64,000 bases of DNA from Stegostoma tigrinum (Eukaryota). Under the pieces are notes generated by a model. That model was not told where the DNA came from. It made no database searches and saw only the letters and a list, made by a program, of their open reading frames with translations. The DNA lies in NCBI RefSeq assembly GCF_030684315.1, contig NC_081369.1:2098689-2162688 (forward strand), read 5' to 3'. Made by a program: the position numbers and the translations under genes. Below, piece after piece: positions 26,385 through 37,825 of the stretch. Every line of letters starts with the position of its first letter. Within the stretch, counting starts at the first letter, position 1.

Positions 26385-27974
26385 GATAAGATATAAGGTA
26401 AGGAATAAGGTAGGTGAGCTTGCAGCATGGCTAGGTACCTGGGACTTTGATGTTGTGGCCATTTCGGAGACATGGATAGAGCAATCAGGACTGGATGTTG
26501 CAGGTTCCAGGGTTTAGATCTTTCATAAAGGGCAGGGAAGGTGGTAAAAGAGGGGGAGGTGTGGCTTTGTTAGTCAAGGGCAGTATATCAATGGCTGAAA
26601 GAACTTTTGAGGAGGACACGTCTACTGAGGTGGTATGGACTGAGGTCAGAAACAGGAGAGGAGAGGTAACACTGCTGGGAGATTTTTATAGGCCTCGCAA
26701 AGTTCCAGGGATGTGGAGGAGAAGATTGGCAAAACTATTCTGGGTATGAGTGAAAGGAACAGGGTGGTCATTATGGGAGACTTTAACTTCCCCAACATTG
26801 ACTAGAAATGCTATTACTCAAGTATGTCGGATGGATCCGTTTTTGTCCAATGTGTGCAGGACAATTACCTGACACAGTATGTTGAAGGGCCAACAAGAGG
26901 GGAGGCCACACTGGGTCTGGTACTTTGTAATGAACCAGGCCAGGTGTTTGACTTAGTAGTAGGTGAGCACTTTGGAGAGAGTGACCATAATTCGGTTACG
27001 TTTTGTTTAGCGATGGAAAGGGATAGGAACATGCCACAGTTCAAGAGTTATAGATGGGGGAAGGGCAATTATAATGCAATTAGGCAAGACTTAGGAGGCA
27101 TAGAATGGGGTAGCAGGAGATGGGGACAATCAAAATGTGGAGCTTGTTTAAGGAACAGATATTGTGTGCCCTTGATAGGTATGTTCCTGTCAGGCAGGGA
27201 GGAAGTGATAAACTAAGGGAACCGTGGTTTACTGAAGAAATTGTATCTCTTGTTTAGTGGAAGAAGGAGGCTTATGTGACGATGAGACATATGGTTCAGA
27301 TGAGGCGATGGAGAGGCGGGATTTAAAGACAGAGTTAAGAACAGCAAGGAGGGGACATGAGCAGACGTTTGCCGGTAGAATAAAGGAGAACCCTAAAGCT
27401 TTCTATAAGTATGTGAGGAATAAAAGGATGACTAGGGTAAGAATAGGGCCAGTCAAAGACAGAAGTGGGAAGTTGTGTGCGGACCCTGTGGAGATCAGAG
27501 AGGTGCTAAACGAATATTTCTCATCTGTTTTCACTCAGGAAAAGGAGAATATTGTAGAGGGTAAGACTGAGATACTGGCTATTAGACTTAAAAGGATTGA
27601 GGTTAGTAAGGAGGAGGTGTTATCAATTCTAGAAGGTGTGAAGGTAGATAAACCTCCTGGCCAGATGGGAGCTTTTCCAAGGATTCTCTGGGAATCTAGG
27701 GAGGAGGTGGCAGAGACTTTGGCCTTGATCTTTGAGTCCTCATTGTCTGCAGGTTTAGTACCAGAGGACTGGAGGATTGCAAATGTTGTGCCCTTGTTCA
27801 AGAAGGGCAGTAAAGATGATCCAGGTAATTATAGACCAGTGAGCCTTACGTCTGTGGTAGGAAAAATTTTGGAAAGGATTATAAGAGATAGGATTTATAA
27901 TCATGTAGCAAGCAACAATTTGATTGGAGATAGTCAACATGGATTCATCAAGGGCAGGTCATGTCTCACAAACC
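26385..27974 (+). mobile_element. CR1-type LINE ORF2 5' part, abruptly 3'-truncated
   Basis: APE motifs (GGGVALLV, GDFN, SDHN) and RT start (NYRPVSLTS, QHGF), ending at GRSCLTN. Confidence 0.92.
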
Positions 27975-29176
27975 ATGAGCTTCAATATTATTGATAAGTC
28001 TTTTATCCAATAGCCTGTCATTTTCTTCTCAAAAATTACCTAGAAGACATTTCCATTGCATTTTACTTAATGATTTCCAACCATTGTATTTCCATCCATT
28101 ATTTCCACCATGTGTTTCTCTCTATATTGTACCTGCATTTTCTTCCTTGGTGACAACTGTCATGAACTACCAAAGAAGTCATTGTATAGTCTTAGATTGT
28201 TTCTTTACCTCCAAGCATCTATCACTTTCTTTAACTCCAATATGCCTCACTCTGCCTTCCTTGGAGCTTAAAGTTTAAATGGTAGTCAGAACTCTTTGTT
28301 CTTTTTTTTACATTACTGCATTGCATTCCCTCAAAAAGAAAACTGTGGATGTTGGAAATCAGGAACGAAAACAGAAATTGCTGGAAAAACTCAGCAGGTC
28401 TGGCTGCATCTGTGGACAGAAAACAGACTTAACATTTTAGGTCCACTGGCCCATCTTCAGAATGATTACTGCTAGGAGAAGGTTGGTATATATGCTAAAG
28501 TTGGGGTGCAGAAAAGGGAGGAGTGAATGATAAGTGAAGATGGAGAGAAAGAGAGAAAGGGGGCAAAAAAGCAATTGAGCAGACAAAGGAATGCCTAAAT
28601 TCAGTCTATCCAGCAATGTGTATAATGCTAGACATAAATCCAGGGAACCAAATAAAATTTAGAAATCTATTCTCCTTTTCTGGGTCTCTCCAATTTGCTG
28701 CCAAGACAATTTTAAACCTCTCTGAAGCAGAACACTAATTAGATTTTATATTCAATTAATTTAAATGTATTTCTACAGGACACACTTAAAATTTTATTAC
28801 AACCAGGAGAATTTTCATCTGATATTACTCTGCAAACAATAACATTCTCAATGTGCTTCTTTTGGAAATTGCTTCAATATTTATATGTTTTTAAAATCAT
28901 TTTATCGTCTCCTTCACCCCTAGCTTCCTTTATCATTCTATACAGTACAATATTGTTGCCTAAATTTAGAAAGATGAATGCATCCTGCCACATTATTCAT
29001 GTTATGTTAAGTCTACAGACAATTCTGAAATATGAGTGGATTTGAAAATTCCACAGTACTACCAAAATTAAATACAAAATACTCTTTATATATTATAAGT
29101 AACCCAATATCTGTAGTTACAGCTCAACTACTCCTGATCAAACCATATAAATGCGTCATGTTTGTTGTAATTTTAC

Positions 29177-29482
29177 CTACGTTGTCGACAATGTAACTGC
29201 AATTTCCTGGAGCAGTGATAGAAATGTGATAGACTTGACAGGTGTAAACTGTGCCATGCTCAATTGGCTGTGCCTCTTCTATGGAACTGATGACTTCATA
29301 CAGTCCGTTTGCCATTTCCCGCTGTACAGTTGTAATTCCTGTCAGAATTCTAGTGCCGTTTTTATGCCAGGTAACATTGAATTCCTTAGGGTGAAACTTA
29401 GCCGTTTGACACTGGAGTCTCAAAAAGGTAGATGAAGACTTTTGGAATGATGTAGAGACAATCTTCAGGGGTACAGGAGCAG
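29177..29482 (-). CDS. Ig C1-set domain exon
   Basis: Acceptor aaatttAG (29484-29483) and donor G|GTAAAA (29176); 306 nt, phase 1-1. LQCQTAKFHPKEFNVTWHKNG, NGLYEVISS and YTCQVYH match the C1 (Ig/MHC) [FY]xCx[VA]xH signature. Confidence 0.93.
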
Positions 29483-31618
29483 CTAAATTTTAAAAAAAAT
29501 TAAAAAGAGGATATTTTTAACTGCTTTATTTCATTTATATTGCTCAGCAATCATGTCAAGGCTTGGTAGTTGGATTTTAGATCAATATTTCATGTGAATG
29601 GGTTCCAAAATAATTCCTTCCTTGCTGTCCAGCACTGAGGTGAAAACGATTGCTCTTCACATCGTGGAAACAGTTACTAATCAAAACCTTAGTAAGCCCG
29701 AATAAATTGAGTGGGTGGTGTCCTGAGGAAGTCACCCAACATGAAAAATTAACTCTGATTATTTTTTTCTCACGCACAGAAGCTGCCAGACCTGCTTAAT
29801 TTTTCCAGCTACTTCTGTTTTTGTGCTTGTTTAAACATTTTACAGCAGGAATTAAACCAATTTTCCTTTGCGGAGTCTTTGCAAGGCTTCCTTGAGGAAT
29901 ACGTTTCAAATTTAGACAGATTTCTGTTGATTTTCACAGGTTTCTTCCTCATTCTCAACAATTCCTTTGTTGTATGTTGCAGTAATGCAGTAACACCACT
30001 CGAAGCATTTGTACTGAATTATATATATTTGTTTGTTTGCTTTCCTTTTTTTGAAATAGGTTAAGGGACTAATCCTAAATATTATCTGCCTATGTGTTAA
30101 ATATTTTGTTTTGGAATATATAAATAAGACTTTTAAAAAATTGACGATAAATCTCTCATGTGCTGTTTCAAAAGTGGAAACATAGACATTGTAGTCAATC
30201 CTTTTCCCTCAACCACACATGGTATGCTCTCTGTTTTTCCAGCATGCCCAGTTGATCATGTTAAGATCCAGCAACAGCTCCCTTAGATTGCGATGAGCAA
30301 TATCTGTCTTGCATTGTTTTACGTTATTGAAGGTTCATTGTTCTAGCTTCAATACTGAGTGCCTATGGAACACATGGTGAACTTTTAGTATCATAGAGCC
30401 ATGGTGCAGAAGGAGGCTATTCAGCTGATTATATCTGTACCAGCTGTATTATCTAGTTCCAATTTTGTGGCTTGTTTGCATAACCCTATGCAAAAATGTC
30501 CAAACACATTTTTTGCACTCATGGGGCATGGGTGTCGCTGGCTAACAATGACCTTATTGTCCATTCCTAGTTGCCTTAGAACTGAATGTCTCGATAGACC
30601 ATTTCAGAGGGCAGTTAAAAGTCAACCACATTGTGTGGGTCTGGAGTCATATAGACACCAAACCAAGCAGATTTCCTTCTTTACTTGTTGGTGAATTAAA
30701 CATGAGTGAACGAGATCAGTTTTTCCAATGATCATCAATGGTTGCATTGTCATCAGTCAATTCTTAATTCTGGAGTTTTGTTAACTGAATTCAAATTCCA
30801 TCCTTCTGCTGTGGTGGGACTTGAACCCGGATCCCCAAACATTAAGCTGAGCTTCTGGATTAAAAATCTAGCAATAATACCACTGTCGCCAGGGCATCAC
30901 CTCCCCACACCTCCTGAATTTGTCAATTGAACTTGCCTCTGCCACATTTCCAGGCAGTGCGTTCCACAGCCTAACAGCTTCCTGTGTGAATGTGATTTGT
31001 TTTCTCGCATCACCTTTGCTTCATTGGAGGCCATCTCATTCATGTACCTTTTACCAACAGAAACAGGTTTGTCCTTTCTATTCTGTCCAGCACACTTATG
31101 TTTTTGAAAATCTCAATCAGATCTCCTTTCAAACTTCTTCTTTCCAGAAAGAACAGTCCCAACTTCTTCAAGCTATTCTCTTAGCTGAAGATTCTCATCT
31201 CTGGAACCATTTTAATAACTCACTTCTGCCCTCTCTGCAATGTGTTCACATCATTCCGATAATGTGGATCACAACTATACACGTTACTCCAGATGAGATC
31301 TAATAAGTGTCTTGTACAATTTCAACATCACTTCCATTTCTTGAGACAGTTTTGAAGAACCTAAATGATCTTTGAGTAGGAAGTCTGCTGGAGATCAGAA
31401 ACCATAATATGGTAGCTGTTAGCTTTCAGTCTGAGACTGAGCAATTTGGATTGGAGCAATTGTGCCAAACTTAAATAAGGGTAGTTAAGTCAGAATGACG
31501 GCTGAGTTGTTTAGTGTGGGCTAGGAAAATAATTTAGCAGAAAAGATGGTTGAGGAGCAACAGCAAGCATTTAAAAAAATAACTCATGACTTCATTACAA
31601 AGAATATCTCCCGTTAAG

Positions 31619-31927
31619 GGGCGGCATGGTGGCTCAGTGGTTAGCACTGCAATCTAACAGCACCAGGAACCTGGGTTCAAATCCACCCTTGGGCGACTGC
31701 CTGTGTGGAGTTTGCACGTTCTCCCTGTGTTTGCGTGGGTTTCCTCCGAGTGCTCCGGTTTCCTCCCACAGTCCAAAAATGTGCAGGTTCGCTGGATTGG
31801 CCATGCTAAATTGCCCGTAGTATTCAGGGGTGTGTGGGTTATAGGGGGATGAGTCTGGGTGGGACATATCAAGGGGCCGTGTGGACTTGTTGGGCCGAAA
31901 ATCCTGTTTCCACACTGTAGGGAATCT
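31619..31927 (+). mobile_element. HE1-type V-SINE
   Basis: gggcggcatggtggctcagtggttagcact (A box), ggttcaaatcc (B box) and V core. Confidence 0.88.
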
Positions 31928-32998
31928 TAAGGAAGAAGGTTACTCGGAAGGACGTTCAACAAGCATGGCCGAAGGGCCTGTACTATGCTGTAATGTTCTA
32001 TGTTCTATTCTATGTTCTATGTTATCTGGGAAAGTTAAGGATGGTATCAATTTCAAAGAAAATACATACAATTTGACAAATCTTAGCTGCAAACCAGTGA
32101 ATAGGAATGATTTAAAATCTGTAAAAAGATACAAAAATAAAATTAAGAGTGATCAAATAAACTATGAGGGGAAATTAACAAGCATGTAGTAAGGGCTTAT
32201 TTAAATATATTTTAAAAGGGGCAAGGGATTCCAAAATGAACACTAGTTCCATAAACAAAAAGGCGGGGTTGACAAAATAGGAATGAGGAATCTGTAAATA
32301 GCAAATTGAAAAAAAATACTCTGCATCAATTTTCACAGCATAAGGCATGTGGTGGTAGTGAAAATAAACACAGCAATTACCATGAATGTAGTGGGGGACC
32401 AAATAAGTTTCAAGGTTGATGAATGCCCTGGACCTGATGGGATGTATCCAAGGATTTTAAAGATGTAAATGCATATATAATTGATAAATTGATAGAACTC
32501 CTTGAATCCTTAGTTCATGGTCAAGTCCCAAACAATTAGAAAACTGCCAATGCAACATTCTTATTCAGGGAGGGAGAAGGAAAAAATGTTTATGTCACCA
32601 ATGGTGTCCCACAGGGATTGGTGCTGTTTGCACTTTTGTTTGCCATTTAAATAAATGATTTAGATGAAAATGTAGAAGGTATGGTTAGTAAGTTAATGGA
32701 TGACACCAAGATTGGTGGTATAGTGACTAGCAAAAAATGTTATCTAAGAACAAAAAGAGATATTGATGAGGTGGGTCAATGTGTTAATGAGTGACAGGTG
32801 CAGTTTAAGTTGGATAAATGTGACATATTCCATTTGGTAAAATAAACAAGGGCAGGAATTATACAATTAAAAGTGGGGCCTTGGGAAGTGTTGTACAATA
32901 GACAGACCTGAGGTTCAGGTACGTGATTCATTGAAGTTTGCATCACATATAGATAAGGTGATTAAGAAGTCATTTAATATGTTTGTTTTCATTGCTCA

Positions 32999-34653
32999 GG
33001 CTAAATGATTATTTCTCATCTGTTTTCACTGAGGAACAGGAGAATATTGTAGAGGAGATGACTGAGTTATGGGCAACTAGAATTGAAAGGATTAAGCTTA
33101 GTAAGGAAGAGGTGTTATCAATTCTAGAAGCTGTGAAGGTAGATAAACCCCCTGGCCAGATGGGATTTTTCCAAGGATTCTCTGGGAAGGTAGGGAGGTG
33201 GTGGCGGAGCCTTTGGCCTTGATCTTTGAGTCATCATTGTCTACAGGTTTAGTACCAGAGGACTGGAGGATTGCAAATGTTGTGCCCTTGTTCAAGAAGG
33301 GCAGTAGGGATGACCCAGGTAATTATAGACCTTACGTCTGTGGTAGGAAAAGTTTTGGAAAGGATTATAAGAGATAGGATTTATAATCATGTAGCAAGCA
33401 ACAATTTGATTGGAGATAGTCAGCATGGATTCGTCAAGGGCAGGTCGTGTCTCACAAACCTCATTGAGTTTTTTGAGAAGGTGACCAAGCATGTGGATGA
33501 GGGTAGGGCAGTTGACGTGGTGTACATGGACTTCAGTAAAGCCTTTGATAAGGTTCCACACAGTAGGCTATTGGAGAAAATACAGAGGCACGGGATTGAG
33601 GGAGATTTAGCAGTTTGAATTAGAAACTGGCTTTCTGTAAGAAGGCAATGAGTGGTGGTTGATGGAAAATATTCAGCCTGAAGTCTGGTCACTAGTGGTG
33701 TGCCTCAAGGATCTGTTTTGGAACCGCTGCTGTTTGTCATTTTTATAAATGACTTGGACGCAGGCATAGGTGGATGGGTTAGTAAGTTTGCAGATGACAC
33801 TAAAGTCGGTGGAGTGGTGGACAGTGTGGAAGAATGTTGCAGGTTGCAGGGAGACTGGATAAACTGCAGAATTGGGCTGAAAGGAGGCAAATGTTCACTG
33901 CGGATAAATGTGAGGTGATTCACTTTGGGAAGAATAATAGGAAGGCAGAGTACTGGGTCAATGGAAAGATTTTTGGTAGTGTGGATGTGCAGAGGGATCT
34001 TGGTGTCCATGTACATAGACCCTCGAAAGTTGCCACCGAAGGCTTACGGTGTGTTAGGTTGTATTGGTAGAGGGTTTGAATTCCGGAGCCATGATGTCAT
34101 GTTGCAACTGTACAAAACACTAGTGCGGCCTCATTTGGAATATTGCATACAGTTCTGGTCGCCCCATTACAGGAAGGATGTGGAAGCATTGGAAAAGGTG
34201 CAGAAGAGATTTACCAGGATGTTGCCTGGTCTGGAGTGCAGGCCTTATGAAGAAAGGCTGAGGGACTTAAGTCTGTTCTCATTGGAGAGAAGGAGGCTAT
34301 GAGGGGGTTTAATAAAGACATACAAGATGATCAGAGCATTACATAGGGTGGACAGTGAGAGTCTTTTTCCGAGGATGATGACTTCAGCTTGTACAATGGG
34401 GCAAATTGAGGGGTGATATATTTAAGACAGCTATCAGAGGCAGGTACTTCACTCAGAGAGGGGTAAGGGCGTGGAATGCCCTGTCTGCCAATGTAGTTAA
34501 CTCAGCCACATTAATGACATTTAAACAGTCCTTGAATAAGCATATGGATGATGATGGGATAGTGTGGGGGGAGGGGGTTAGATTAGTTCACAGGTCAGTG
34601 CAACATCAAAGGCCGAAGGACCTGTTCTGCACTGTATTGTTCTATGTTTTATG
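32999..34653 (+). mobile_element. Younger CR1-type LINE nested in an older CR1 (about 32590-35270)
   Basis: RT motifs DFSKAFDKV, PQGSVL, FADD and ttctatg tail. Host CR1 sequence resumes at 34655. Confidence 0.92.
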
Positions 34654-36452
34654 TAGGCCTTTAATTATAGGAGTTGGGACAATATATTGAGGTTGTACAG
34701 GATATCAGTGAGGCCTCTTCTGCAGTTCTATGTCCAGTTCTGGTCACCCTGTTATAAGAAGGACATTATTAAGCTTGAGAGGGTTCAAAAGAGATTGACC
34801 AGTGTGTTGCCAGGATTGGAGGGCTTTAATTATGGAGAGAGGCTGGATCAGCTGGGACTCTTTTTCACTGGAGCATAGGAGATTATGGGTGACCTTATGG
34901 AAATTTTTAAACCATGAGGGCTATTGAAGAGGTGAGTAGCAGGTGTCTTTTCCATGGGGTCGGGGATTTCAAGAGTAGGAGACTCATTTTTAAGGTGAGA
35001 AGAGAGAGATTTACAAAAGACATGAAGGGCAATTTGTTTTATGCAGGGAGTGCTTTGTTTGTGGAATGAGCATCCAGAGGAAGCAATGGATGCCGGTGTA
35101 GTTTACATTGTTTGAAAGACATTTGGATATGTACATGAATAAGAAATATTTGGAGGGAAGGGGCCAAATGTTGGCAGGTGGCACTTGTTTAGTTCGGGAT
35201 TTTGGTCAGCACAGACTGGTTTGACTTAAGGGCTTGTTTTCATGCTGGATGATCTATGACTGTATGACAGGCTGGTTAACTTAGCTGTTAATATGAAATG
35301 TTAGAGTCTGTTTTATACTTATGACTTGGATGATGGAATTGTGTATTCCATTGCCAAGTTTGTTGATGGCACACAGAAAATAAATGGGTAGGCCAGTGTT
35401 GAGGCTGACACTGTAAGTCTTTAGAGAGATACGAACAGGCTAAATGAATGGTCAAAAACTTGACAGATGGAATATAATGCGGACCATATGAGGTCATGCA
35501 TGTCAACAGGAAGAACAGAAGAGCTGAATATTATTTAAAATGGGAAATATTACAGAAAGCTGCAACACAGAGTGATTTAGGCATTCCTAGTGCATGGATC
35601 ACAAACAGCTAACAACCTTGTTCAATCAGTTAAAGGAAAGGCAAATCGCGTGATCTTATTTCAAAAAGAATGAGGCACATTTTGTTAAAACAATACAAGC
35701 GAGACACATCTAAAGCAGCTCATTTTCCCTTATCTAAGGAAAGATGTATTGGCATCAAATTCAGTTCAGAGCAGGTCCACTGAGATGTTTCCAGGTATGG
35801 GGGATTTTAATGTAAAGAGAGGTTGAGAGTTTAGGTTTGCAATCATTTGAGTTTAGTAGAATAGTAGGCAACCTTGTTGAAACAGATATGATTCGTAGAG
35901 ATTCTTAAAGATTCAATGGCCTCCCAGAGCATTTTCTGGCAGGTTGTTTCTCATTGTGGTATAATGTAAGACCAAAGGGCATCAACTCAGAGCAAGGACT
36001 CACTCACTTAAGACAGACAAGGGAACATTTATTATATTGGATGGTAGGAAATCCATGGAATTTTTTTGGCAGATGACTGTTGAGAGTGATTTAATTCAGA
36101 ACTGACATGGAGAGATGTTTAGTCAATGGTTAGTGGGATACGGCAGGAAAATGAAGTTGAAGGCATCAGATCAACCATGATCTCATTGAACAGAGGAACA
36201 GACTTGATGGACAGAATGTCAAACATCTGCTCTTTCAACTTACGGTCTTATTTTGTGATTTTACCAAGTGACCGTCAATGGCACAAAAACAGAAGTTGCT
36301 GGAAAAGCTCAGCAGGTCTGGAAGCATCTGTGAAAAAAAGATCAGAGAAAATATTTCGGGTCCGATGGCCGCTCCTCAGAACTGTTCTAAGGCCTACTCC
36401 TGTTCCATTGTCTCCTTAAACGCTCTACGTTTATCATTTTTGCAACACTTAC

Positions 36453-36764
36453 TATATACAAGAAGTCGGAATCCGGTTCCTTTCACAACTGTTTGATGAT
36501 GATATTTGATGACACAGTAATATATTCCAACATCTGCAACAGTCACATTCAGAACATGAAGGTAGGCGCCGCCTCTCCTCACATCGAGACTTTTTCTGCC
36601 GTTTGCTTGCAGGAAAGTCTCGTTACCGTCTTTCCACCAGTAAGCGAATACCGCCGAATGTTTGAGATGGAAAGGGAAAGGACATCGGAAGGTAACGTTA
36701 CCACCCCGGTGCGTCGTCGTTTGTGCCACATTTCTGTCATATTCGCCAGAGCTGCACACAGAAA
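36453..36764 (-). CDS. Ig V-type (germline VJ-joined) domain exon
   Basis: Acceptor ttttattgatAG (36766-36765) and donor GTAAGT (36452); 312 nt, phase 1-1. Translation has B-strand VTFRC, C-strand YWW, F-strand DVGIYYC and a J-like G strand KGTGFRLLVY. Confidence 0.93.
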
Positions 36765-37089
36765 CTATCAATAAAATGCCCACAATTAAATCTCATCCAG
36801 AGTTAAAAAAAGACACTGCTAAAAATGCTATTATGCTTCCCATCATTTGTTACCTTAGTAGTGCTGACTAACCATACAAGTTAAATCATCCTGCTAACGA
36901 ATGTGTTTCCAGATTAAAATATCATAACTAATGTTGCTTTTCATGTTCACATCATTCTTTTCTGCAAAAGGAAACTTAATACAAAAACACACAGATGAAA
37001 CTACAGCAGCAGAAAGCTACTTTATGTAGGACATTGAATCCATACACAAGTTCTTGTTCAGTGAAGTTTAGTAATTAACATAAATACTA

Positions 37090-37240
37090 AATGGAAAGGA
37101 GCAGTCGACGTTTCGGGTATCGCACTTCTTCAGGGCTCCAGTGATACCCGAACCGTTGATTGTTCCTTTCCTCCAGAAGCTGTCTGGCATGCTGAGTTCT
37201 TCTCCTGTTCATCGAACTGCATCTGCAGTTTGTTTTTGCC
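37090..37240. mobile_element. Short palindromic PLE derivative in the leader-V intron of the Ig gene
   Basis: Minus strand CTGAAGAAGTGCGATACCCGAAACGTC with inverted flanks. Confidence 0.65.
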
Positions 37241-37263
37241 TCTAATGAAATCTACATGCCTAC

Positions 37264-37318
37264 CAGCACACAAAATTCCCAGGAAAGGTACGTTGCAAAG
37301 TAATCGGATCTTCAACAT
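37264..37318 (-). CDS. Leader (signal peptide) exon of a non-rearranging VJ-C1 Ig-superfamily gene
   Basis: ATG at 37318 gives MLKIRLLCNVPFLGILCA plus G, then donor GTAGGC at 37263 (phase 1). Upstream acceptor tttccatttctAG at 37349-37348 suggests a further 5'UTR exon. Splices in frame to the V exon. Confidence 0.8.
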
Positions 37319-37689
37319 ATTCTCCAGTGGAAGTTGCAAACTCAGAGCTAGAAATGGAAATAGAAACAATTAAAGCAAAGTTTTCCGTGTCTACAACATC
37401 ATTTCAGAGCTGTTCGTGATGTCACCTGGCTTCTGCTTGCAACTGTAGAATCTTTTGGTATAAATCCGAGCGGGTAGTCGTGAAGGAGATACAAAAACAT
37501 CGCCTTTGCTCATGAAATTGAACTTATTAGAGCAGTACATAAGCCATATCAATTCATTTGTTTCCTTCATCTGTCGAGAGGGTCGATAATATCGCATTTA
37601 TTCAATGTTCTGACCGTAAGAATCAAGCTTGTTCTTAACCTAAGCCTCGTAAGTCTGAGAGGGCCATACTGCAGGTCTGTTAGCTGTTG

Positions 37690-37730
37690 AAATCACTTCT
37701 GGGAAGTTAGGAAGTCTCCCAGATAACCTA
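37690..37730. promoter_or_regulatory. Candidate promoter motif cluster about 380-410 bp upstream of the Ig gene ATG
   Basis: TTCTGGGAA (STAT/GAS, 37697-37705), two GGAAGT (ETS, 37702 and 37710), kB-like GGAAGTCTCC and AGATAA (GATA, 37721), in unique, CpG-containing DNA. Confidence 0.4.
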
Positions 37731-37825
37731 ACCACTACTTAACGTCAGAGAGCAATCCCATTCACCATGGATGAGAAGGAGCGTTTTTGTCTGTTACCTT
37801 TCAGTATGGTCCACATTAGCTATTT

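Noticed and set aside
27257-27994. Long ORFs (also 38239-38907, 52621-53286, 61156-61866, 54697-55410) as host genes
   Set aside because: Frameshifted CR1 ORF2 pieces or PLE low-complexity UTR.
31619-31700. tRNA genes
   Set aside because: The tRNA-like heads run straight into the V-SINE core, so they are SINEs.
26385-34653. One CR1 split in two around the C1 exon
   Set aside because: The 32999 copy is cleanly nested in an older CR1 that resumes at 34655, so it is an independent 5'-truncated insertion. The overlap also has many differences.
36394-36783. Rearranging Ig/TCR V segment, or the ORF as called
   Set aside because: The J-like strand is germline-joined, followed by a splice donor and no RSS. 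The ORF ends are intronic.
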